Of a DNA stretch of 64,000 nucleotides, positions 1 to 10,065 are shown in pieces; the stretch's first letter is position 1, and the number at the start of each line of letters is the position of its first letter. Origin of the DNA: an uncultured Gammaproteobacteria bacterium (GTDB lineage Bacteria > Patescibacteriota > Microgenomatia > PFEM01 > DATLAM01); assembly GCA_964566925.1 (NCBI GenBank), contig CAZMIZ010000004.1:35951-99950 (forward strand). The letters run 5' to 3'. Position numbers and translations under genes: made by a program. Under the pieces are notes generated by a model, which searched no databases, was not told where the DNA came from, and saw only the letters and a program-made list of their open reading frames with translations.

Positions 1-951
1 CAGGGTTATACCCGCTGAAATCATCCCAACCAGAAAAAAGGCTTGAAAAAAGATGTTTTTATATTTTCTGCCGTTCTCATGTCTTTCTGCTACCAATGGA
101 AACATCGCCATTGTAATGGCACCGGAGGCAAAGAAAATGATCTTCCCTAAAACACCAAGGGCAGAATAAAGACCTGCTTGATAAGGTTCCAAAAAATGCT
201 TTATCAAAATAATGTCACTCGTGTAGAGGCTGGTAAGACTAAGGACAACTATAAAGGCAGGGCCAGCATAATTAATTGTCTCCCGCCAGTTAACATTAAG
301 AGTCTTAGCTCTATGTTGAAAGAGAAACCTCAAAGGAAGAAATGAGACCAGGTAGGTTAAATAATCGGCAATGACAAAAGCCAAGACCGCCCCTAAAACA
401 GAAAAGCCAGCCTTGACCAAAAAAAGGGCGATTATCAATTTAGAAACAGCGGCCAACATGTTATTGGCTGAAAGAAATTTAAAGTTCAAAAAACCCTGTA
501 TCAACCCATTATTAATCGGCACCAAAAATCTGATTAAAAAGGTGCTGGCTACAAGGACAATCGCTTGATAGTTAGAAATATTTAAGAATTCAGCCACTGA
601 GCGATGGCCTAAAATAAAAAGAAGGAAAATACTCGCTCCTAAGAGTAAAGAATAGCGACTGAAACCTCGGAAAAGGGAATAGATGCGAGGATAATCTTTC
701 TTGGCCTTAAAAATCGAAGTAAACCGAACCACGACCGTATTAAGAGAAAGAGAAATAACCATACTGAAATAAGCCAAGGACATCAGAGAAACTAAAACAC
801 CATAATCAGCTGGACCCAACATCCGCCCCATGAAAAGGTGATATAAATAGTTGCTCAGGTTGACGGCAGTTGTCCCGACAAACAAGACTAGACTGCCGCT
901 AATAAGCTTGTTTTGAAGGAGTTTAAAAAAATGGTTTTTAATCAATTTCAT
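1..951 (-). CDS. Polysaccharide biosynthesis protein / Wzx-like MOP flippase. Partial: N-terminus in window, gene runs off the 5' edge.
   Basis: Minus-strand ATG at 951 (cat at 949-951). Translation MKLIKNHFFKLLQNKLISGSLVLFVGTTAVNLSNYLYHLFMGRMLGPADYGVLVSLMSLAYFS... is typical of PST/Wzx flippase N-termini. The ORF is open to the window edge. Confidence 0.6.
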   Translation of the reverse strand, partial: MKLIKNHFFKLLQNKLISGSLVLFVGTTAVNLSNYLYHLFMGRMLGPADYGVLVSLMSLAYFSMVISLSLNTVVVRFTSIFKAKKDYPRIYSLFRGFSRYSLLLGASIFLLFILGHRSVAEFLNISNYQAIVLVASTFLIRFLVPINNGLIQGFLNFKFLSANNMLAAVSKLIIALFLVKAGFSVLGAVLAFVIADYLTYLVSFLPLRFLFQHRAKTLNVNWRETINYAGPAFIVVLSLTSLYTSDIILIKHFLEPYQAGLYSALGVLGKIIFFASGAITMAMFPLVAERHENGRKYKNIFFQAFFLVGMISAGITL

Positions 952-969
952 TGGGTAAAATTTCGGCTA

Positions 970-2109
970 TTAAGCAATAAAGAAACCCCGAGTGAAAAGA
1001 GCGACCGAGATAATCAGCAGACCCCCGGCGATGAGCGGATAAACCGTCTTCAGCCAGCGGTATTTTTCTGACCAAAGACTAAGAAGAATGAAGCCAGGAA
1101 AGCAAACCAAGACATAACGAGGCAATGAAGAAAGTGTCCCGGTTAAAGTGGGCGTTAGATAGGCAAGAATCATAAAAGTGAAATAGGAGAGCCTTAAACG
1201 GAGATAAGCGAAAATTGAAAGAAATAAAAATAGGAGGCCAGTTAAAAATTCTAAAATAACGGTGAAATAAGTCGGAGTCATTTTCTCAACCGTCACCAAC
1301 ATCTTCAGATAGCGCCAAAAAACCTGATATAGAAGAATAATCTTGCCCCCAGTCCGCTGAGCTCCGAAAAACGGCTGAACATGAATGAAATAAAGAGGAT
1401 CACTCACCGTCTGTCTCAAGTACCCCATATAGATTAAAAGCCCCAAGCCAATCAAAAATAGAGGCAAAAGACTGGTTAATTTTTTCTTTTTCAATTTTTC
1501 GTTCTGCTGAAACCACTCGACCAGAAGAGCCGGAAATAAAAAAATGCCGATAAATCTGGTTGCGCTGGCCATCGCCCCTAAAACACCAGCCATACCCCAC
1601 TGACCTTTCCGAGCGGCATAAAAAGCGCCCAAAACCAGCAATAAAAATAGAGATTCCGTGTAAATACCGCCGAAGAAGAAGGAAGTAGGGAAAATAAGAA
1701 GGTAAAAAAGAACCCTCTTGGCTTGATTCTCCTTAAGATCTAATCTCGCTAGCTTATACAACAAAACCAGGGCAGCTAAAAAACAGAGGTGGGAAATCAA
1801 AAAACCTGAAAGGAGATAGTTTTTTACAAAAATCGCCAAAGAGCGCATCAGGTAGGGATAAAAAGGAAAAAAGGCCTGTTGAAACTGATAGTAGCCCCTC
1901 TCGGCGATGGTTAGATAATGAACGCCATCAAAATTTGCCCAAGACCAGAGGAAAGGATTTTTCAAATAGGCCCCCCTTCCTCCTCCTAGAAATCCCTCAC
2001 GCAAAGGGAAAAACTTGCTTCCCATCAAAGCAATCAAAATCAAAGCCACCCGCCAAATAATAAAGGCGGTTCCTATCCACTGGAGTAAAGCTTTAGTTTT
2101 CTTGGTCAT
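970..2109 (-). CDS. Polytopic membrane protein, possible GT-C mannosyltransferase (PIG-V/DUF2029-like)
   Basis: 379-aa ORF with multiple hydrophobic segments. Motif WANFDGVHYLTIAERGYYQFQQAFFPFYPYL resembles PIG-V/GT87-like mannosyltransferases. Confidence 0.45.
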   Translation of the reverse strand: MTKKTKALLQWIGTAFIIWRVALILIALMGSKFFPLREGFLGGGRGAYLKNPFLWSWANFDGVHYLTIAERGYYQFQQAFFPFYPYLMRSLAIFVKNYLLSGFLISHLCFLAALVLLYKLARLDLKENQAKRVLFYLLIFPTSFFFGGIYTESLFLLLVLGAFYAARKGQWGMAGVLGAMASATRFIGIFLFPALLVEWFQQNEKLKKKKLTSLLPLFLIGLGLLIYMGYLRQTVSDPLYFIHVQPFFGAQRTGGKIILLYQVFWRYLKMLVTVEKMTPTYFTVILEFLTGLLFLFLSIFAYLRLRLSYFTFMILAYLTPTLTGTLSSLPRYVLVCFPGFILLSLWSEKYRWLKTVYPLIAGGLLIISVALFTRGFFIA

Positions 2110-3151
2110 AAACTTTTTGGTAAACCTTAACTGTCTCTCGAGCGGTTTTCTCCCAACTAAACTTTTCTACTTGTTTTAACCCTTTCTTAACCAGTTTTTC
2201 TCTCAGTATTTTATCATTAAACACTTTTTTAATCCCCCGACCAATCTCTCTTCTCCGGTGGGGATTAACCATGACCGCGGCTCCCCCACAGATTTCTGGC
2301 AAGCTTGAAGTCTCGGCCGCAACTACCGGCGTTCCGCAAGCCATGGCCTCCAAAACTGGCAAACCAAAGCCTTCATAAAAAGAGGGTTGACAATAAACGG
2401 TGGCCAAATTATAGAGGGCCACTAAATCTTTTATTGGCACAAAGCCAATCCGGATAACATCAGGGTCCTTTCCATACAATTTAATTAATTGAACTAAAGG
2501 CTGATCTTCAATATGAGAAGAGTTAAAATTTTCCTGAGCGGCGGGTTTGCTAACAATGACAATTTTAATTTTCGCTTGTTTAGACGCCTCCACTAAACCT
2601 AAAACATTTTTATTATAATTAATATCGCCAACATAAAGAACAAACTTTTCTGGCAAGCTATATTTTTTCTTTAATCTTAATAATAACTTTCCCGACTTGA
2701 TTGGTTTAAACTCCTCTCCAGGCGCCAGATGAATAACCTTAATTCCTTTTTTAGGAAAACCGATAAATCGAACAATATCTTCTTTTGAATTTTGAGAATC
2801 AGTAATAATCGCCTTGGCTCCCTTTAAAGAATGCTTCTGGATCTGATATTTGGCGCTCCCCCGTAAGCCCTTAGGAAATTTATCAGGAAAAACCAGAGGA
2901 GTTAAATCATGAACGGTTACCACCGTCGGCCTAGACTTTTTTAAAGGTAAAGTCAACCAGAATAAGTCAAAGTAGGGATAGTGGATCAGATCAAATTGAT
3001 GATTGATGATTGATGATTGATGATTGATAAGAAAATACTCGTTTTTCTGATCATGTTTTTTTAATGATTCAACCAAGCACTTGGTATAAACTCCCACGCC
3101 CCGAAATTGATGGGAAGACTTTAGTGGAGAAATATCAATTGCCACTTTCAT
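2093..3151 (-). CDS. GT4 (group 1) glycosyltransferase
   Basis: Canonical GT4 C-terminal motif EGFGLPVLEAMACGTPVVAAETSSLPEICGGAAV. Contains an in-frame (ATTGATG)~5 repeat. Confidence 0.85.
   Translation of the reverse strand: MKVAIDISPLKSSHQFRGVGVYTKCLVESLKKHDQKNEYFLINHQSSIINHQFDLIHYPYFDLFWLTLPLKKSRPTVVTVHDLTPLVFPDKFPKGLRGSAKYQIQKHSLKGAKAIITDSQNSKEDIVRFIGFPKKGIKVIHLAPGEEFKPIKSGKLLLRLKKKYSLPEKFVLYVGDINYNKNVLGLVEASKQAKIKIVIVSKPAAQENFNSSHIEDQPLVQLIKLYGKDPDVIRIGFVPIKDLVALYNLATVYCQPSFYEGFGLPVLEAMACGTPVVAAETSSLPEICGGAAVMVNPHRRREIGRGIKKVFNDKILREKLVKKGLKQVEKFSWEKTARETVKVYQKVYDQEN
2995..3028. repeat. (ATTGATG)x~4.9 heptanucleotide tandem repeat inside the GT4 CDS (encodes INHQSSIINHQ)
   Basis: Read directly: attgatg attgatg attgatg attgatg attgat. 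Confidence 0.9.
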
Positions 3152-3165
3152 TTTTCTTACCTAGC

Positions 3166-4653
3166 TTAAGGCTTTTCCTCGTACCACCATTTAACATAAC
3201 GGTCAGAGACATTTCTGGGTGTTTCTTGTTTCCAGTCATTAGCTAAAATCCCTGACTCTGAAGCCCGGGAAAAATCCATTAAAGAGTCGATCAAATGAAG
3301 GTCTTTTTTCTCTTTATCAATAAAAGGTAACTGGCAATCACCATCATCCAGACCTATTTTAAACCCATCATCGCTGTGGGCCTTCTTCAGAGAAAGCATC
3401 AATAAATAAGAATTTCTATTAAAAGCAGTGCCGCTGATTTCATTGCAATAATAGAAACTAAACTTTTCTCTTCCGGTTATCTCTTTCATGGTTTCTACCT
3501 CCTCATCGATTCTCTTGGTTAAATCATCCTCTTTCCAGGCACCACTTCTTAAAGAATTATTTATCAAACCAAACCATAAAACAGCCATTAAGAGAAAAAC
3601 TAGATAGAAATGTTGTTTTTTAACTTTTCGAATTAAGAGATCATAAAAAAACAAACCGGTAAAAATAAAAATATAGGGAGAAAAAAATTGGAGCCAACCT
3701 AAATATCTTTCGCCTCGCCAATAACGGACAACAATCACCTGGATAAGAAAACTGATGATTAACAGAAAGAGGGGTAAAGAAAGTTTTTTTCTTATCAGTC
3801 GGAGTAATAAAACCGCTCCCCCGCCAAACATTAAAAATAATCCCAGCCATAATGGGCCACCGGTAAGCCCTACCCAAGTCTGGGGGAAAAATTCAAAAAC
3901 AAACTTCAGCCAGCGCATACTCGTCCAGAATTGATATTGACGATGGAGGATAAAATCAAAAATTCCCCTGGTGTTAAACCAGTGATTGTTTAATTCAAAA
4001 AAGAGCATGGGCAAAGCCGCCAGAAAAAGGCCTAAAAGAGAAGCTAAAAAGAGACGAAGTCTTTTCTTGCCCAGGAAAAGCAACAAAAAAATCAAAGTTA
4101 AAAGCCCCGCTCCTTGATAATGAGTCAAAAGAGTAAAGCCAACTAGCCAACCTAACAAAGTCCCCCAAGGCCAATTTCTTTTTGGGCTAGAAACTTCAAG
4201 AAAAACTAACAAACAGAGAGAGCTGAGAAAGGCAATTAGAGAAGGGTTCGTCAGTAAGGCGCTGGTGATTATTAAGTTTGGCGAGAAGGTAGCCAAAACA
4301 GCTAAAATTAAACCTAATCTTTGGTCTTCTAAAAGAACGCCGATTCGATACATAATCAAAATAAGACTCAGAGAGGCTAAACCTAAGGCTATCCAGGGCG
4401 CCAACAAGGAGGGAATCAAAAATTTTAAAAAAATCAGAAAATACCAATACCAAGGTCCGATCGTTAAAGGAGCAATCGAGGCCCAAGGGCCAACTAAGGG
4501 CAGTTGTTTCTCTCTCCAACCGACATCGCTAACAAAATAATCCCGAGCGCTCTCCCAGCCCAAACTAATCCGACTTTCATAATTATGGAACCTAAGAAAA
4601 GCGCCAATGATTAAAAGAAGGCCAAGAATAAGCCAGCTTTTTTTAATTTTCAT
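3166..4653 (-). CDS. Polytopic membrane glycosyltransferase, ArnT/PMT (GT39/GT83)-like
   Basis: 495 aa. N-terminal motif GAFLRFHNYESRISLGWESARDY, then many TM segments and a soluble C-terminal domain. Confidence 0.5.
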   Translation of the reverse strand: MKIKKSWLILGLLLIIGAFLRFHNYESRISLGWESARDYFVSDVGWREKQLPLVGPWASIAPLTIGPWYWYFLIFLKFLIPSLLAPWIALGLASLSLILIMYRIGVLLEDQRLGLILAVLATFSPNLIITSALLTNPSLIAFLSSLCLLVFLEVSSPKRNWPWGTLLGWLVGFTLLTHYQGAGLLTLIFLLLFLGKKRLRLFLASLLGLFLAALPMLFFELNNHWFNTRGIFDFILHRQYQFWTSMRWLKFVFEFFPQTWVGLTGGPLWLGLFLMFGGGAVLLLRLIRKKLSLPLFLLIISFLIQVIVVRYWRGERYLGWLQFFSPYIFIFTGLFFYDLLIRKVKKQHFYLVFLLMAVLWFGLINNSLRSGAWKEDDLTKRIDEEVETMKEITGREKFSFYYCNEISGTAFNRNSYLLMLSLKKAHSDDGFKIGLDDGDCQLPFIDKEKKDLHLIDSLMDFSRASESGILANDWKQETPRNVSDRYVKWWYEEKP

Positions 4654-5515
4654 TCTGTTTTCCCCAATATTTAATGTAAGCCACTGTAAATCTTAAACCT
4701 GAAAACAAAGAAAAAACAAATCCCGGGAAGCCATCCATAAAACCTTTGTGGCGAAAGTAAGTCAAAAAAAACCAATGAAGCGGCTTGGCCAATAGATAAT
4801 CAAAACCGTTGATCAGTCCGATGTCAACCTTTTTCTCTTCCATTTCATTGACCATAAGATCGGTGTAGCGGTTAAACCTCAGACGATAACGGCTAAAATT
4901 AGGGTCAGCTAAATGAAGAAGGGCGTTTTGCAACCAACCTACTCTGCCATTAATCTTAATTTGTTCATGAACACTCTGGCACGGGAAACGAGCCTTTGAA
5001 TTTTTGACCAAACGGATCACTCCATCAGGGTAAACGCCACCATGGCGAAGATACCTGCCAAGAAAATAATTTAAGCGGGGGAGAAAAAAACCAACATACT
5101 CCCCCCTTTCTTGCCCAATCTTACCATCTCTTTTCTCAACAATCTCTTGATGCTTTAGAAACAACCGTCTTTGGGGCAATGTTTTTTGATATTCTTCGAT
5201 TTTGTCATCGTTCATCGAAAAAATCTTGAGAATCTCTTCAGCCAGTTTCGAGGTAACTCTCTCATCGGCATCCAGTTGCAAAATCCACTCTCCTTTGCAA
5301 GCATCAACCGCCATCTGTTTGTTGATATGAAAAATAGGCTTATTAGTAGTTTTAATGACCCTGGCCCCGTGTTTTCTGGCTATCTCTCTAGTTTTGTCTT
5401 GCGAGCTCCCATCAACAACAATCATCTCATCCGCCAGCTGGTGAACTGACTCCAAGCAAGGACCAATGTTTTCTTCCTCATTAAAAGTAGCGATGGCCAC
5501 CGAAATTTTTTTCAT
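4643..5515 (-). CDS. GT2 glycosyltransferase (paralog group with 19198 and 23539)
   Basis: MKKISVAIATFNEEENI...VVDGSSQDKT...LDADE, and C-terminal motif HGGVYPDGVIRLVKNSKARFPCQSVHEQ. Start taken at MKKISV; the ORF extends to 5527. Confidence 0.8.
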   Translation of the reverse strand: MKKISVAIATFNEEENIGPCLESVHQLADEMIVVDGSSQDKTREIARKHGARVIKTTNKPIFHINKQMAVDACKGEWILQLDADERVTSKLAEEILKIFSMNDDKIEEYQKTLPQRRLFLKHQEIVEKRDGKIGQERGEYVGFFLPRLNYFLGRYLRHGGVYPDGVIRLVKNSKARFPCQSVHEQIKINGRVGWLQNALLHLADPNFSRYRLRFNRYTDLMVNEMEEKKVDIGLINGFDYLLAKPLHWFFLTYFRHKGFMDGFPGFVFSLFSGLRFTVAYIKYWGKQNEN

Positions 5516-5589
5516 TTTACCACCCAATTATAACACTCATCATCTTGGTAATGTTCTTATATTTGATAAATGAAGCGGTTGTAATAATT

Positions 5590-6849
5590 TCATTTCCTAG
5601 TATAGATATAGTAAAGATAAGATTGGGTCATTGATTCGCTGAATTTAACCTTTTCACCTCTATTAATTTTCTCTATCACTACTTGCCTATCCTTTATCAA
5701 GCCGCCTCTAGGGGAATCGGTCACCGATGTTAAAACGTTCCTGTAGGCCCAAAAAAGCCAAAATAGGATTATCAATATTGCAAGAGGCTTAACCCCTGAA
5801 CGCAAGATCCAAATTGCTAGCCAAGAAACTATATAAATTGCCAGAGGCATCGTAGGAAGGAAATAATAATCTGATAAGGGGCCGCTATAGAGGGTAAAAC
5901 CAACTAAAGTCACCCAAAACCAAAGAAAGAAAACTATCCCAACAAACCGACTGTTCTTGTTCTGAGGGAAGACGATAAATACAATCCCAAAAATTATTGG
6001 CAAAATATACTTTAAAAATTTTAAACTTTCGAAAAAAAGAGCAGAGTCAAACATTATTAAAGCGTCATTCAAACGATAGATCATAAACCGAAAATGAAAT
6101 CCATGATAATAGTATTTTAAGAATTCTTGAAACTTATAATAATCACTTAGCCCGTGTTGAAGCTCATGAATAATATTAGGGATAAAAAATAAACTAAAGG
6201 CCAATATCGATCCCGCCATCCAAGGAAATGCTTGCTTTTTATTCCTTATAAAAAACAAAGAGAGAACCACAATCGGAGGAATAAAAACGGCAGTAAAATG
6301 TAAATGAAAGAAAAATCCCGCCAATAAACCTAAGGGAATAAACCACCTATTATTGCCTTCGTATATTTTGAAAAGGCTGTAAAAAATCCAAACAGAGGCC
6401 ATCATCACTAAAGAAACATTCCAGGGAACCCGATCCATCGAGATAAGATATCGACAAAAAGCGTAAATAAAAGTTGAGAGATAGGCAACTTTTATTCCGA
6501 AGACTTCACGAGCCACCCAGAAAATTGAAATAATTGTTAATAAGCTGGCAAAAATTGAAAAATAACTTGAGGCAATGGGATCAAGGTTTGTCAAAAGATA
6601 AAAAGGGGCCAAAAGATAATAAAAGACAGGGCCGAGATGAAAATGACCAATTCCGGTTCTGGGCCCAATCAAAGGAAGTTTTTTATCAACAAGCATCTCC
6701 TTCATTGCCCAAGCATCCCTCGCTTGATCCCAGCCAAAGGGAGTTACCTTCTCGATGTTGTAAAATCTTAAAAAAAGACCTGCGGCAATCAAGAGGATAA
6801 TCGAAAAGGCTTTAAATTTTTCTAACAATTTTAATTGCTTCTTCGCCAT
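5590..6849 (-). CDS. Polytopic membrane glycosyltransferase, GT39/ArnT-like
   Basis: Internal start MAKKQLKLLEKFKAFSIILLIAAGLFLRFYNIEKVTPFGWDQARD is preferred. The 83-aa extension to 7098 would overlap the upstream gene by ~290 nt. Confidence 0.5.
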   Translation of the reverse strand: MAKKQLKLLEKFKAFSIILLIAAGLFLRFYNIEKVTPFGWDQARDAWAMKEMLVDKKLPLIGPRTGIGHFHLGPVFYYLLAPFYLLTNLDPIASSYFSIFASLLTIISIFWVAREVFGIKVAYLSTFIYAFCRYLISMDRVPWNVSLVMMASVWIFYSLFKIYEGNNRWFIPLGLLAGFFFHLHFTAVFIPPIVVLSLFFIRNKKQAFPWMAGSILAFSLFFIPNIIHELQHGLSDYYKFQEFLKYYYHGFHFRFMIYRLNDALIMFDSALFFESLKFLKYILPIIFGIVFIVFPQNKNSRFVGIVFFLWFWVTLVGFTLYSGPLSDYYFLPTMPLAIYIVSWLAIWILRSGVKPLAILIILFWLFWAYRNVLTSVTDSPRGGLIKDRQVVIEKINRGEKVKFSESMTQSYLYYIYTRK

Positions 6850-8434
6850 TGAGATAATAAATAGTTTTAATGGTCCTAATCCCTTTGGGAAATTCTTCAG
6901 GTAAACCAACAAAAAGAACATTCTCCTCTTCTCTATCCTTTTGCCAATCAATAGGCCGGAATTCGTAGCGGTCAAATTTGTTTCCTTCTTCGGCAAAGCC
7001 CCCGGAAGTCGTTCCTCCCTCAGCCAGATATAGGGCGGGATCATATTGTAAATAGTAAAGCCAAAACATGTGAGGTTGTTCCAGGCTAGTGGAAACAACC
7101 ACTTTTTTATAGCTATCTTTTAAATTTTCGGCTACTTCAACCGCCTTTTTACGCCCGTATTGCCAATCAAAAGACCAATCAAGAGGCATGTGAACATAAT
7201 ATTGATGGAGATAATAGAAAAAGTTGGCCGCCAATAAACAAGAAACAATTAATAGCAAGATTCTCTTGGTTAAAGTGGTCTTCTTTTTAACCAGTTGAAT
7301 AAATTGATAAAACCCATAAGCAGAAAGGAGGTGCATGGGAATCACCATATTTAACGTCCGAACCGCATGAGGCAACTCGGTGGTGGGCGCCGCGGGTACC
7401 GGGGCCAGGAGCAACCAGAGAAAAATTACCTGATAAAATTTCGGCTTCTTCTTGATCAAAAAATAGACGCCGGCCAAAACAAACGGCAATTCCCAAAGAT
7501 ATAAAAGGCCAACATTCGGGGCGTGATGACGATTAAGATCGCTCTTCAGGAATAACCAATTAAGATTGAAATGATAAGAATAACCCTGAAGAAGGATCTT
7601 AGTAAAAACTAGCCGGCGATTATGAAACAATCTTCCTAAAAGGTAGTCTCCCCTTTCTTGATCCTCCTGGATTTTTTCAATTGATCGGTAAAGAATGGCC
7701 GGATCGGAAATCGAACTGACTCCTTTTAGCCTCATTCTGCCTTCCACGGAAGTCATGATACTTATCAACGGAAGAATAATGATTGTTCCTAAGATGGCCG
7801 CCAGAAGACAGTGGCGCCAAAGTTTAATCAATTTCTTTCTAAAGACCACCACCAGGCTCAAGCCTAATAAGGGAACAAAAACCCGAGCGCTGTGATAAGA
7901 ATAAAGGGCGGTGCCAAAAAAGAACATCGCTAGAATTAAAAAATTGCCTTTTTTTAGGCCTTTTAAAAACGCCCAGGTACCAAAAACGGTAAAAGAAAGA
8001 GCAATATTGGTTTCAAAAGCCACCCGAGAAAATTGAAGATGCCAGGGTGAAATCGCTAAAAATAACATCGCCAAAAGAGCCAGCTTTAAATCGCCTAAAA
8101 GCTCTTTAACCAGGAGGAAGAAAACAATGACCGTTAAAGCTCCCAAAAAGGCGGAAGGAAAACGGACTGCCCAGTCGTTAAGGCCAAAAAGAGCCACACT
8201 AGGAATAGTCAGGTAAATATAAACCGGCGGTTTGTAATCATCAAACGAGCGAAAAGTTAAAGGAAAGCGGGTACCGTATTCATCTCGGCCGGTTTTTAGA
8301 AGCGAATAGGCATTATAGCCCAGAGCGGCCTCATCCCAATCTAAACTAGGCGGATTATTTCCTAGTTGATAGAAACGCAAACCAAAGGCTAAAATAATAA
8401 TCCCTACTAAGATCAACTTAAAACGTAAATTCAT
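6812..8434 (-). CDS. GT39 family (PMT/ArnT-type, lipid-carrier-dependent) glycosyltransferase
   Basis: LRFYQLGNNPPSLDWDEAALGYNAYSLLKTGRDEYGTRFPLTFRSFDDYKPPVYIYL... is a typical PMT_2 N-terminal region. 4-nt overlap with the upstream paralog. Confidence 0.8.
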   Translation of the reverse strand: MNLRFKLILVGIIILAFGLRFYQLGNNPPSLDWDEAALGYNAYSLLKTGRDEYGTRFPLTFRSFDDYKPPVYIYLTIPSVALFGLNDWAVRFPSAFLGALTVIVFFLLVKELLGDLKLALLAMLFLAISPWHLQFSRVAFETNIALSFTVFGTWAFLKGLKKGNFLILAMFFFGTALYSYHSARVFVPLLGLSLVVVFRKKLIKLWRHCLLAAILGTIIILPLISIMTSVEGRMRLKGVSSISDPAILYRSIEKIQEDQERGDYLLGRLFHNRRLVFTKILLQGYSYHFNLNWLFLKSDLNRHHAPNVGLLYLWELPFVLAGVYFLIKKKPKFYQVIFLWLLLAPVPAAPTTELPHAVRTLNMVIPMHLLSAYGFYQFIQLVKKKTTLTKRILLLIVSCLLAANFFYYLHQYYVHMPLDWSFDWQYGRKKAVEVAENLKDSYKKVVVSTSLEQPHMFWLYYLQYDPALYLAEGGTTSGGFAEEGNKFDRYEFRPIDWQKDREEENVLFVGLPEEFPKGIRTIKTIYYLNGEEAIKIVRKI

Positions 8435-10065
8435 ATCTCACCACTATCAAAAAGGGTAAACGCCGGTTCGTTATTTAAAAACCGGATGGCTCGCAAAACC
8501 CTGGCCTCTTGAGGCGCTCCCTCTTTGCCAGCCACAAATAAAACTCCTTCTTTTTTTTCTTCTTCCCAGTCAATCTGTCGAAACTCATAGCGATCAAAGC
8601 CAACTACATTGATAAAGCCTGCTGGTTCTTTAATCACCTGATCTTGATACTGCCAAAATTTTTCTGGTGAATATTGCTGATAAAAGAGAAAATAAATATA
8701 GGGCCGGCCCGCACTTTTACTGATTACCACCCGATCGTAGTCTGCTTCAATTTCACCCACCGCCTCAACCATTTCCCGATAACCATACTGCCATTCACTG
8801 GAAAACTCAGTTGGATAGTGGGCATAATAATTGTGAAGGTAATAGAAAAGATTGAGGAAAAGTAAGCCGAAGATAGAAAAGAGCAAACAATTTTTAATAA
8901 GCGACTCTTTTCCCCTCACTCGCTCTAAAAAAACATAAAACCCGTAGGCCGCAATGATCTGCCAGGTAGGCAAGGAGTCAAGAATCCGTAGGGCATGAGG
9001 GGTCTCTCGAGCCGTGGCCGCCGGCAAAGGGGCAACCAAAAACCACCAGAAAATCGGAAAAGCGGCTTTTTCTTTTTTCCGGATCAAGAAATAAATTCCG
9101 GCTAGCAAAAAGGGCAAATCAAACAAATAAAGCTGGCCTACTTCCTGAAGGGAAAATTTAGGATTAACATCACCTGAAAGAAATAAAAACTTCACTTCGA
9201 AATGATGGAAATAATGTTCTAAAAACAAAAGGGCGAAATGAATCCTCCGGTTGTGAATAATCCTTGCCCATAAAGAATTATTATCAGCCGCCAGCCAACG
9301 ATTAGTGGTTTTAATCACCCTCAGATCAGTAAAGATGTTCACTTCCTGAAAGCGCAATTTTCCTTCCGGAGAAACCAGGTGAGGCATTAAGGGTGCCAGT
9401 AAAAAAACGGTTATCAAGCCAGCGAAAACCACCCATCTCCTCATCTGCCACAATCTCTTCCGCTGCCAAAGAAAAAGACCCAAGACTAAAAGGGGCGAAA
9501 AAAGACGCGTACTATTAAAAGTATAGAAAGTAGCCACAAAAGCGATCGCCGCTAAAACTAAAAACCATTTTTGTTTTCTAAGGCTGAGTAAAAACAGCCA
9601 GACTCCCAAGACGACCAAGAAGCTGGCCAAATTTGCTTCCCAGGCAGCTCTGGATAATTGGGTATGCCAGGGGGAGATGGCCAAAAAAAGAGCCGCTATC
9701 TCCGCCAGCCAACTGTTTTTTAATTTAGGAAAAAGTTCTTTAACCAGAAAATAAGTAAGGAAAACGGTCAAAGTGCCAAAAAAAGCTGAGGGAAAGCGAA
9801 CGGCAAATTCATTTAAACCGAAGATTTTGATTGGCAAAACCGCGGCATAAACATAAAGCGGCGGCTTGTAATCACCAAAGGAAGTAAAATAGTCATCAGG
9901 CAAAAATCGGCCAAACTCATCTCTTAAGGTTTCACCAATTGAATAAGCATTATAACCTAAAGCGGTTTCATCCCAGGCTAAAGAAGGTGGATTAACGCCT
10001 AAATGATAAAATCGCAAAACCGTGGCGAGAATCAGGATGATTAGCAAAGGTAAAAACTTCTTCAT
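8431..10065 (-). CDS. GT39 family glycosyltransferase (tandem paralog of 6812..8434)
   Basis: LRFYHLGVNPPSLAWDETALGYNAYSIGETLRDEFGRFLPDDYFTSFGDYKPPLYVY, and the C-terminal halves are also similar. Confidence 0.8.
   Translation of the reverse strand: MKKFLPLLIILILATVLRFYHLGVNPPSLAWDETALGYNAYSIGETLRDEFGRFLPDDYFTSFGDYKPPLYVYAAVLPIKIFGLNEFAVRFPSAFFGTLTVFLTYFLVKELFPKLKNSWLAEIAALFLAISPWHTQLSRAAWEANLASFLVVLGVWLFLLSLRKQKWFLVLAAIAFVATFYTFNSTRLFSPLLVLGLFLWQRKRLWQMRRWVVFAGLITVFLLAPLMPHLVSPEGKLRFQEVNIFTDLRVIKTTNRWLAADNNSLWARIIHNRRIHFALLFLEHYFHHFEVKFLFLSGDVNPKFSLQEVGQLYLFDLPFLLAGIYFLIRKKEKAAFPIFWWFLVAPLPAATARETPHALRILDSLPTWQIIAAYGFYVFLERVRGKESLIKNCLLFSIFGLLFLNLFYYLHNYYAHYPTEFSSEWQYGYREMVEAVGEIEADYDRVVISKSAGRPYIYFLFYQQYSPEKFWQYQDQVIKEPAGFINVVGFDRYEFRQIDWEEEKKEGVLFVAGKEGAPQEARVLRAIRFLNNEPAFTLFDSGEI

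Noticed and set aside
1400-1600. Many 60-120-aa ORFs in the six-frame track that lie inside or antisense to the large genes (e.g. 1400-1600, 3641-3877, 4196-4540, 6534-6800, 7287-7496, 15116-15457, 17549-17770, 29230-29556, 33014-33334, 36072-36385, 56130-56565, 58287-58790)
   Set aside because: They are fully nested in long ORFs with clear family signatures on the other frame or strand, and most have low-complexity translations. I treat them as spurious.
6850-7098. Long N-terminal extensions of ORFs 5590-7098, 31779-33503 and 38532-39410
   Set aside because: The extensions overlap the preceding gene by 80-290 nt and carry no hydrophobic or domain signal. Internal Met codons give canonical ATGA overlaps or family-typical N-termini, so the shorter starts are preferred.
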